From: Verrucomicrobiota bacterium
GTDB taxonomy: Bacteria > Verrucomicrobiota > Verrucomicrobiia > Limisphaerales > CANJXF01
Length of the DNA stretch: 43,474 nt
Direction: 5' to 3'
Assembly: GCA_038214755.1 (NCBI GenBank)
Contig: JBBQRQ010000040.1
Coordinates: forward strand, 1-43,474
In this document: positions 8,824-17,000 of the stretch, in pieces
How positions within the stretch are numbered: position 1 is the first letter of the stretch
Layout of the letters: the number at the start of each line of letters is the position of its first letter
Translations under genes and position numbers: made by a program
Notes under the pieces: generated by a model
Database searches by the model: none
What the model was told of the DNA's origin: nothing
Seen by the model: only the letters and a program-made list of their open reading frames with translations

Positions 8824-10503
8824 TCAGGATTTGCCGGCGGCATTTTTGACCGGCATGGCCAGCTTCAGTTCCTGCGGCAATTTTTGGAACCATTCACCGA
8901 AGGCGGCGGACATGCGTTGTTCGCGCTGGCGGGCGAGGAACTCCGGCAATTCGGTTTTCATCCGCGCTTCGTCCACCGGCAATTTTGATTTGAGATGTAA
9001 AACGAAACCGCCACTGGCCGTGGGAACGAAGCTGCTGGCTTTGCCGGGCGACAGGGAAGCGGCCACATTTTGCAAGCTGTCGAGCGTGGCTTGTCCGCCA
9101 AGCTCCGGCAGCGTCCGCGTGCTCAAAGAAAATTCCGGCAACGAAATGGCCTTCACATTCATCTGCGCACAAATTTCCGAAAATGTTTTCGCCGTCTCAT
9201 TGGTCACCGCTTTGTCAAAAGCCATGCCGGCCTGGTGCGCCAGCCGCACCGATTGTTCGGCGCGATAATCGTCGGCGACCTGCTTCTCCACTTTTTCAAA
9301 GGGTTGAATTTCACTGGGAAAACGTTGCCGGACCGCGATGACATAAACGCCATCTTCGGAGAGAATAGCTTTTTCACGGTCTTCCGAAAGAGAGCTAAAA
9401 GCGGCTCGAACAAATTGAAGTGGAACGTTCAATTGATTTGTTCCGTTGCGCAAATCGAAGGGCGGCGTGGTTTTGACTTCGAGTTTTTTTTCTTTGGCCA
9501 GCTTCTCCAAATCTTCCGCAGTGAATGGATTATTTTCGTCATGCCCTTTCATCAACTCTCCCAAAAAAGGATTGGCCTCTTTTCGAACCGCGAGAGCATA
9601 AGCGCGCCGTTTGCGTTCTCCTTCTTTCATTTTATTTTTAGCCGCCTCCATCGAGAGGGGTTTTCCATTTTCATCTTTAAAGGCGTTGGCGCCTTGTCGG
9701 AAATAAGCGGCATCAACCTCTTTCGAGAAGTTGGTTATTTTGCTGAGTTCCTCGTCCGCTTCCGCCAGAAAATTCGTCAACTCCCATTTCACGTAGCTGA
9801 CTTGCATGCGCTCGGGCAAACGATATTCCGCCATGTTGTTCGTGTAAAATTGTTGAAGACCGGCGGGCGTGCTGGAAACCTGGCCCAGATAATTCGTCGC
9901 GGAAAAAAACACGGCCTCGGTGGACAACGGTTCATTCAACCGGCGATAAAATGATTCCGCTTCCTGCGGAGTAATGAGTTTGCCCGCCAAACCAAAAACG
10001 GAAATGAGGTGTTGCTGCGCGACCTGATGGCGGGCGAAGCGATAAAAATCATCCGAGGTCAGACGATGAGGCGCGAGTTCGTTTGTCGCAAAGGCTTTGT
10101 AACGCTGCATGGGCGGCGTTTGATCCTCGTTACTGCGAAAAATATCGGTGATCCATTTCGCGGTGGCCTCCAGAGTGGGCTGGACGTTGAGTTCTTTCAA
10201 TTTTTCCACGAGCACGATCCGATTGTAGGTTTCGCGCTCGATGTCAAAGCCGGATTGTTGGGCGTCCTCACGTCCGGGCCATTTGCCAAAGCGAAGAAAA
10301 TAAAACAATTCGATCTCGGCGGCGGCGTCGCGATATTGCGGACGGGTGATGGCCTTGCCTTTGATGGTTCCGAAATTATCGCGGCCTTGATCTTCGAGGA
10401 GGTTTCGGCTGTTGGGAGAAAAATAGACGACGAAGCTGACAATGATGGCCAGAATAATAATTGCCCAGAGCCATTGTTGATGCTTACGAATCGTTCCAAT
10501 CAT
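8824..10503 (-). CDS. PpiD/SurA N-terminal-domain membrane-anchored periplasmic chaperone
   Basis: 'MIGTIRKHQQWLWAIIILAIIVSFVVY' N-terminal anchor; 'QQFYTNNMAEYRLPERMQVSYV', 'PFEKVEKQVADDY' typical of PpiD-like proteins. Confidence 0.75.
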   Translation of the reverse strand: MIGTIRKHQQWLWAIIILAIIVSFVVYFSPNSRNLLEDQGRDNFGTIKGKAITRPQYRDAAAEIELFYFLRFGKWPGREDAQQSGFDIERETYNRIVLVEKLKELNVQPTLEATAKWITDIFRSNEDQTPPMQRYKAFATNELAPHRLTSDDFYRFARHQVAQQHLISVFGLAGKLITPQEAESFYRRLNEPLSTEAVFFSATNYLGQVSSTPAGLQQFYTNNMAEYRLPERMQVSYVKWELTNFLAEADEELSKITNFSKEVDAAYFRQGANAFKDENGKPLSMEAAKNKMKEGERKRRAYALAVRKEANPFLGELMKGHDENNPFTAEDLEKLAKEKKLEVKTTPPFDLRNGTNQLNVPLQFVRAAFSSLSEDREKAILSEDGVYVIAVRQRFPSEIQPFEKVEKQVADDYRAEQSVRLAHQAGMAFDKAVTNETAKTFSEICAQMNVKAISLPEFSLSTRTLPELGGQATLDSLQNVAASLSPGKASSFVPTASGGFVLHLKSKLPVDEARMKTELPEFLARQREQRMSAAFGEWFQKLPQELKLAMPVKNAAGKS

Positions 10504-10528
10504 AAAATATTTTTGTAAATGGGCGCGC

Positions 10529-10558
10529 AAACTACCCGCCGCTCTGCGAAAGGGTCAA
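10529..10558 (-). promoter_or_regulatory. putative sigma70 promoter for the ppiD-like/rluA unit
   Basis: Minus strand TTGACC-18 nt-TAGTTT, about 25 nt upstream of ATG 10503. Confidence 0.35.
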
Positions 10559-10686
10559 ATGTTAAAAAAAAATTTAGGGCTGGCGTAAGGCGAGCGGAGT
10601 GTTTCACGTGGGGAAAGAACAGTTTGAAAAATTATGAGGGAGACTGGAGCGCGGCGGAGGCGTAACCCGACGAGCGCCCCTTTTTA

Positions 10687-10870
10687 ATCCCGAAATCCGA
10701 TATCCGAAATCCGAAAGAAACCCGAAGCCCGAAAAGTGCCGGGGTCGCAAAGCACTTTCCTGGGCGGTGGCAGCAAGTCGTTTTCGGTATTCGGATTTCG
10801 GACTTCTTTCGGATTTCGGTATTCGGATTTCGGATTTCTTTCGGCTTTCGATATTCGGTATTCGCATTTC
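10687..10870. repeat. inverted degenerate heptamer arrays (ATCCGAA)n ... (TTCGGAT)n
   Basis: Left arm ~10687-10735 'CCGAAATCCGATATCCGAAATCCGAAAGAAACCCGAAG'; right arm ~10782-10870 'TTCGGTATTCGGATTTCGGACTTCTTTCGGATTTCGG...'. Confidence 0.85.
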
Positions 10871-10937
10871 GCTTAATCGCCGATCGCACCCGACTTTGAA
10901 TTTGAACTTTGTTTTTTAAACTTCATCATTTGCGCCC

Positions 10938-11834
10938 ATGAACTCACCGCTTCTTCAGCTCGATTTGCCCGGGATCAAAAAAGTTAAATCCGGGAAAGTC
11001 CGCGAAGTTTTCGATCTGGGCGATTCGCTGCTGTTCGTCGCGACCGACCGCATCTCTGCGTTCGACTGCGTGATGCCCAACGGCATTCCCCGCAAAGGCG
11101 AAGTGCTCACGCAAATCTCGCATTTCTGGTTCGAGCAAACGGCCGGGTTTCAGCCTAACCATTTGCTCGCCGCCGCCAATGACCCTTTGCCATCCCGCCT
11201 CGGCGGGATGCAGCCGTTTGCAAAACAATTGGCGCGCCGCAGCATGATCGTAAAAAAGGCGCAGCCGTTGCCGATTGAATGCGTGGTGCGCGGCTATCTC
11301 GCTGGCTCCGGCTGGAAGGAATATCAAAAGTTCCAGACCGTTTGCGGAATCAAACTGCCCGCTGATTTAAAAGAATCCGCTGAATTGCCTGAACCGATTT
11401 TTACTCCCGCCACGAAAGCCGAAACCGGTCACGACGAAAATATTTCGTTCAACGAAGCCGCCAGACTCGCCGGTTCCGAAATTGCGCAACAAGCCCGCGC
11501 GGCCAGTTTGAAAATTTACAACTTCGCCCGCGATTACGCCCGCCAGCGGGGAATCATCATCGCCGACACCAAATTTGAATTCGGGATTTACGAGGGAAAA
11601 TTGATTCTCATCGACGAAGTTTTGACGCCGGACTCCTCGCGCTTCTGGCCCGCCAACGAATATCACCCCGGCAAATCCCAGCCGAGTTTCGACAAACAAT
11701 TCGTCCGCGATTATCTCGAAACTTTGGATTGGAACAAACAACCTCCCGCGCCTGCGCTGCCAAAAAATGTCGTTGAGAAAACGACGGAGAAATATTTGGA
11801 GGCGTTTGAGAAATTGACGGGGAGAACGCTTTAG
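10938..11834 (+). CDS. purC: phosphoribosylaminoimidazole-succinocarboxamide (SAICAR) synthase
   Basis: 'SGKVREVF', 'ATDRISAFD', '[15 protein letters not shown]', 'IADTKFEFG', '[12 protein letters not shown]', '[11 protein letters not shown]'. Confidence 0.97.
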   Translation: MNSPLLQLDLPGIKKVKSGKVREVFDLGDSLLFVATDRISAFDCVMPNGIPRKGEVLTQISHFWFEQTAGFQPNHLLAAANDPLPSRLGGMQPFAKQLARRSMIVKKAQPLPIECVVRGYLAGSGWKEYQKFQTVCGIKLPADLKESAELPEPIFTPATKAETGHDENISFNEAARLAGSEIAQQARAASLKIYNFARDYARQRGIIIADTKFEFGIYEGKLILIDEVLTPDSSRFWPANEYHPGKSQPSFDKQFVRDYLETLDWNKQPPAPALPKNVVEKTTEKYLEAFEKLTGRTL

Positions 11835-11893
11835 TCTTACTTCATCCCCACTTTTCATTCGCAATTTTGTTTACCCAAAGTAAAATTCCTCAC

Positions 11894-12166
11894 ATGAGTG
11901 TAAAGCAAATTGAAGCGACCATTGGAGCAATGTCCCCCAACGAGCGGTTAAAATTTGTCCGCTGGTTTGAGACGCATCGCCACGAGTTGATTGGCGCCGA
12001 AACAGACGATGACTTAAGCGAGGCACAGAAAGCCGAACTGCTCCACCGGCGCCGCGAATATGACGAACACCCGGAGCGGTTTGTCCGCATGGATAAAAAA
12101 TCCCTCGACCAAATGTTCAGGCGTGTCCGCAAAAATGTTGCCGCTCGACTTTCATCCACTCGTTGA
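11894..12166 (+). CDS. putative addiction-module antitoxin
   Basis: 90 aa; 'MSPNERLKFV...LSEAQKAELLHRRREYDEHPE' resembles TIGR02574-type antitoxins; overlaps the downstream ParE-like start. Confidence 0.7.
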   Translation: MSVKQIEATIGAMSPNERLKFVRWFETHRHELIGAETDDDLSEAQKAELLHRRREYDEHPERFVRMDKKSLDQMFRRVRKNVAARLSSTR

Positions 12167-12441
12167 GTCGGACCTCGCCGACAGCGCCGAGTGGTATGCC
12201 CGCAGGCAGCCCGGTCTTGAGAAACGTTTTCTCGCGGAAGTCCGCCGGCGTTTCGACGGTCTTCCCGCAGGAGCCAATCTGTATGCCGTCCGTTTTGCTG
12301 ACATTCGCCGAGTGAATTTGCCCGTCTTCCAGCATGGCGTTTTTTATTTTATCGCCGAGGAAGCCGTCGTCGTGCTGGCGTTTTACATGGCCACCGTGAT
12401 TCGGAAGTCGAATTGTAGCGACGCAGGAAAAAATATTCCTA
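12135..12441 (+). pseudogene. ParE/RelE-family toxin, frameshifted near its C-terminus
   Basis: 'LDFHPLVESDLADSAEWYARRQPGLEKRF...RRVNLPVFQHGVFY...VVVL'; the canonical end 'GVLHGHRD' lies in another frame after ~12378, and that frame has a TAG at ~12416. Confidence 0.65.
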
Positions 12442-12466
12442 ACGAGCAATATCCCCTGCAGATTTG

Positions 12467-12596
12467 CAGTTCGTCCGCGATTACCTCGAAATGTTGGACG
12501 AAGATAAACAACCTGCCCGCGCTGCCAAAAGATGTCGGAAAAATAACGGAGAAATATTTGGAGGCGTTTGAGAAACTGACGGGGAAAACGCTTTAG
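12467..12596 (+). repeat. degenerate direct duplicate of the purC 3' end (11697-11834)
   Basis: Last 51 nt match at 49/51 (11784-11834 vs 12546-12596, including TAG); upstream 'TTCGTCCGCGATTA(T/C)CTCGAAA' shared, with indels between. Confidence 0.92.
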
Positions 12597-12607
12597 CGCT
12601 TCCAGAT

Positions 12608-13039
12608 TTATTTCCAGAACACTTCTTGCCCGAACGGTGGCCTAGGATCGAAGTGTTTCAGAAATTTTTTTCGGCCTAAGTCTATTAGGAACCAAAGCGT
12701 TTTACGCTTCTTGAGGATTAAGAAATATCTGACTTTGACCATGCCATATCCTGACCAGAATTCCACCGCTTCTGCACTGGTCGTAGATTCGTTAACGAAA
12801 TCCAATCTTTCCTGGTTAAACTTTCTCAGCGCGTGATTTATTTTCTGCCCTTCGATTATCCTGAGCTTTTTCTCCAGAATAGATTTGAACCCTTCGGGAT
12901 TTGAAAGAAATCCAAACGAAAAATCTGAGACTGAGAGATCATTTGCCTGTTCGTGTTCCAAAAGTTTAGTTTCGCTATTCCTCAAGACTTCTGCGGGAAG
13001 TTCGTTACGAATTAACTCAATGGCATCTCTTAGGCTCAT
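12608..13039 (-). CDS. hypothetical protein (143 aa, AT-rich)
   Basis: ATG preceded by GAGGA, 14 nt after the antitoxin stop; no recognised motif. Confidence 0.6.
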   Translation of the reverse strand: MSLRDAIELIRNELPAEVLRNSETKLLEHEQANDLSVSDFSFGFLSNPEGFKSILEKKLRIIEGQKINHALRKFNQERLDFVNESTTSAEAVEFWSGYGMVKVRYFLILKKRKTLWFLIDLGRKKFLKHFDPRPPFGQEVFWK

Positions 13040-13053
13040 TCCTCAAAATAAAA

Positions 13054-13407
13054 TCATGCCGCCGCTTCCAACACAATCTTCGGATGTTCGGCGGCGATGC
13101 GGATCAACACGCCCGCCGCTCCACTCGGTGCGCGCCGTCCTTGTTCCCACTGATGCAAAGTGCGAACACTGATTCCCAGCAGGTGCGCAAATTCCGTTTG
13201 CGAAAGTTCCAGCTTGCGCCGGATTTCCACAATTCGATTTTGCCAATCCTCTTTCTGGCGGCGTTGAAATTTTTTCGGGCTGATTTTGCTGCGAGAGAAA
13301 CCGCCTTTTCCATTGGACAAAATTTCCCAGACACCGGCCGGAGCGGTTTCGCCCCGTTCAATTTTTTGTTTGGCGCGAATGAGAGATTTGATCGTGCGAG
13401 GTTTCAT
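13054..13407 (-). CDS. HigA-like XRE helix-turn-helix antitoxin
   Basis: 'IRRKLELSQTEFAHLLGISVRTLHQWEQGRRAPSGAA...AAEHP'; ATGA overlap with the upstream toxin. Confidence 0.88.
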   Translation of the reverse strand: MKPRTIKSLIRAKQKIERGETAPAGVWEILSNGKGGFSRSKISPKKFQRRQKEDWQNRIVEIRRKLELSQTEFAHLLGISVRTLHQWEQGRRAPSGAAGVLIRIAAEHPKIVLEAAA

Positions 13408-13718
13408 GGGGCAATTTTTCCTTTCAGTTTTTTCAGTTCGTCGTGTGTTAAATTTTCTTTCGCGTTCTTGGAATAGATGTCGAGCAACAGAATTCTGTCA
13501 TCCGCAATCCACCAAAAATAAATGATACGCACTCCGCCGCGTTTTCCTCGGCCCTTTGCCGCCCAACGCACTTTTCGCAATCCGCCGGAACCGGGAATGA
13601 CATTTCCCCCATCTGGTTTTGACATCAGCCAAACGACAAAGCGGAAAAATTCGTCTTCATCCAGCAACTTTGATCGACGTTTGTAAAAATCGCCGTCCTC
13701 AATGAAAATCACCGACAC
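13404..13718 (-). CDS. HigB-2/RelE-family mRNA interferase toxin
   Basis: 'GNVIPGSGGLRKVRWAAKGRGKRGGVRIIYF...LLDIYSKNAKENL'; toxin-first order; start may be GTG 13712. Confidence 0.9.
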   Translation of the reverse strand: MSVIFIEDGDFYKRRSKLLDEDEFFRFVVWLMSKPDGGNVIPGSGGLRKVRWAAKGRGKRGGVRIIYFWWIADDRILLLDIYSKNAKENLTHDELKKLKGKIAP

Positions 13719-13828
13719 ACCCTACTTCTCTGGCGCATAGCGTCAAGAATCTTGCTTCACCTTCCGTCGTCGCAACCGAAGCGTATTTGCAATCATCATG
13801 AAATCCGAAAAGCCCATCGCTGCGGCGC

Positions 13829-13921
13829 AGAGGCCAGCCAATTCTGCCGGCAGAAAACCTGGCGATCTTCCTACGTCGGGTGGAAGCCGCGATTCTGCCG
13901 ACAGAATGTCGGCAGCACTTT
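13829..13921. repeat. palindromic element related to the 7687-7715 copy
   Basis: TCTGCCGACAGAATGTCGGCAGCACTTT (13894-13921) is the reverse complement of 7688-7715; degenerate left arm CCAATTCTGCCGGCAGA. Confidence 0.75.
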
Positions 13922-14059
13922 CGCGGGATGGCCCGTGGCAAGAGGAGCACAAACACTGCGCTCGCAACTTTGGAATTTGTATTTATACCCGGGAAATGGT
14001 AAAACTTTGTGAATTAATTCCCGAAAATTTTCGCGATGCAAAATATTTATTTTCGTTCG

Positions 14060-17000
14060 ATGTCTGGAATCAAATGGTTCGTCCCATCTTTTTTCCTCCT
14101 TTGTTTTTTCCATCTGGCCGGAGTTTTCGCCGCTGTGTCCGCGGAAATGCCCGCGAATTTTCCTCAGATCAATTTGCCCTCCAAGCTGCGCGGCGACGCA
14201 GCCATCGCCGCGCTCGGAAATAAAATTCCAGCGCTGGCCGCGTTTTATCGCACGACGGAAGCGGAACTAAAAAACCGTTTACGCCGCGATAAAATGTTGT
14301 GGGTCGATGAACTCGGCCGCCTTTTTTATGTCTGCCAATTTGAATTTCCTCCCCCTGATGACAACGAGGAGGTGGTCGCGGAAACTTCGCCGATTGACAC
14401 CGGGGCGGTGGATCGGACGCAAACTTTTTTGCTCCACAGCCGCCCGGGTGCGACCAAAATAATCTATTTGGATTTTGACGGACATGATGCTTCGGCCACG
14501 AGTTGGGGCGCGGATGCAATTGGTCTTCCATTCGATTTGGATGGAAACATTTCCAGTTTTAGCAGCACGGAACGCGACCGCATTCAATACATCTGGCAAA
14601 GGGTCGCCGAAGATTATGCGATCTACGACATCGACGTGACGACGGAGGATCCGGGAGTGGAAGCCTTGCGCAAAAGCAACACGAGCGACGCGGCGTATGG
14701 CATTCGCGTCGTCATCGGCGGCGGGAGCACCGATTGGTTTGTCTCGTCGGGCGGCGTGGCTTACGTCGGTTCGTTCGATTGGAATTCAGATACGCCGTGT
14801 TGGGTGTTTCCAAAGTCTTTGAGCAGCACGGAAAAAAATATCGCCGAAGCCATCAGCCATGAAGTCGGGCACACGCTCGGCCTGAGTCACGATGGGAAAA
14901 CCGATGGAACAGAATATTACGCAGGCCAGGGAAATTGGGCGCCCATCATGGGCGTCGGCTACAGCGAACCCATCACCCAATGGAGCAAAGGCGAATATGC
15001 TCTGGCCAACAATACTCAGGATGATTTGACCGTGATGTTGACGCATGGCGCAGCGTATCGGCTGGATGATTTCGGCAATTCGACAGCCAACGCGAGAATG
15101 CTGCCGGGAGTTTCATTCACCACCAATGGAGTGATCGAGCGGACGACCGATGCGGATTTTTTCAAATTTCAAACGGGCGCGGGCCGCGCGATCCTCACCA
15201 TCACTCCCGCGCCGCGAGGTCCCAACCTGCACATCCTGCTTTCACTTTATAACAGCAGCGGAACACTTTTAGTTTCCGCCAACGCTGCCGACACTTCCGC
15301 CGGTGTTCTGCCAGTGACTATTTCCACGAACCTGCCGACGGGGATTTATTATTTTTCAGTCGATGGCATCGGCTACGCCAATCCCGCGTCCGACGGCTAT
15401 TCCGAATACGCGAGTCTCGGCCAATATATCGTTTCGGGCACGCTCATTCCCGACACCGCGTGGCTCCCGACATTGGCCGGAGATTTTTCCTGGACGAATA
15501 CGGCGAACTGGCTTTCCAACAACGTCCCTGATTCCGCCGATGTCACCGCGCGGCTGAATAACAATTTGGCCGGCGATCAAATCATCACTCTCGATAAACC
15601 GATCACGATTGGCTCGCTGATTTTGGGCGACACCGATTCGACGCATTCGTTTACCGTGCAAAATGGAGCGGGCGGTTCGCTCGCGTTGACTGCGACTTCC
15701 GGCGCGGCGTCCATCGTTAAAAAAGTTGGCGTGAACGATTTCATTGCAGCCGATTTGATTTTGCAAAGTGATCTGGTCATCAGCAACAGCAGCCTCGGCT
15801 ATTTAATTTTCTCCGGCTCCACGACTGGCTCCCGCAGTGTGACGAAGGACGGCGGCGGAAATGTTCTTTTCGACGCCGCGCAAAATTTTTCGGGGGTAAC
15901 AATTATTCGCAACGGAAGTCTTCAGTTGTCGGCTGCGGCTGCGCTGCCCAACACGCCCGAGATTCGCATTTTGGCGGGAGCAAGTTTTGACGTATCGGCC
16001 GCTCTGCCCGACTGGACTCTGCGCGCCAATCAAATTCTCAGCGGCAACGGAAACGTTTTCGGAAATATTGTTGCAACCAACGGCGCAAAAATTTCTCCCG
16101 GCGATGCGTCTGCCGGAACACTTTCCTTGAGCAACAATTTGATTCTAAACGACGGCGTGCAGTTGAATTTTGATCTGGCGGATTCAGATGGCATCGGCGT
16201 CGGCACAAATGATCTGCTGGTGGTCGGCGGCGATCTTTCTCTGAATGGAACGGTGACTCTGAATTTTAATTTTCTAAATTTTGCGCCGCTCAGTCCGGGC
16301 AACTACACGCTGATTCGATACGGCGGAATTCTCTCCGGCAGCGCGGCAAATTTTTCTGTCGCGAATCTCTCGACCCGTTTTTCTTTTCTGGTCGATACGT
16401 CCGTGGCAGGTGAGGTGCGAGTGCAAGTTTCGGGGACGCCGGACAGTTTGGTCTGGCAAGGCGACGCCGTTTCCAATCGCTGGGAATTGAGTTCCACCAA
16501 TTGGCAATTCGCCGGATCGCCTGCTCCTTTTTTCCAGCTGGACAATGTGACGTTCGACGACGCTGGCTCGGAGAGTCCCGCGATCAATCTGCTCACGAGC
16601 GTCAGGCCGGCTTCCGTTTTGATTTCCGGCGCGAAAAATTATACTTTCTCCGGCGCTGGAAAAATCAGCGGCGCGACCGGCCTCGCCAAACAAGGTTCTG
16701 GAATTCTCACGCTCAACACGACCAATGATTTTACCGGCGCGATTGTTATTTCAGGCGGAACTTTGAAAACCGGAAATGGGTCCGCGCTGGGGAGCAGCAC
16801 AACCGGAACAACCATTTCTTCCGGCGCGCGCCTGGACCTCAACGCACAAAATCTCGGAGCGGAACCAATCGTTGGGGCGGGCAGCGGAATCTCCTCGGCG
16901 GGCGCGATCATCAATTCCAGCGCGACTGCGCAGACCAACGCCTTGCGCTTCGTCACGTTGTCGGCCGACACCACTTTTGGCGGCACCGGGCGATGGGATG

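Noticed and set aside
10604..10889. ORFs and a possible CRISPR array in the heptamer region (also 23725 and 35201)
   Set aside because: Units are 7-8 nt with no unique spacers, and no cas genes are present; the peptides ('KSEIRIPKSE') are repeat translations
11697..12596. Diversity-generating retroelement TR/VR pair
   Set aside because: No reverse transcriptase; differences include indels and are not adenine-specific; the target is a housekeeping gene
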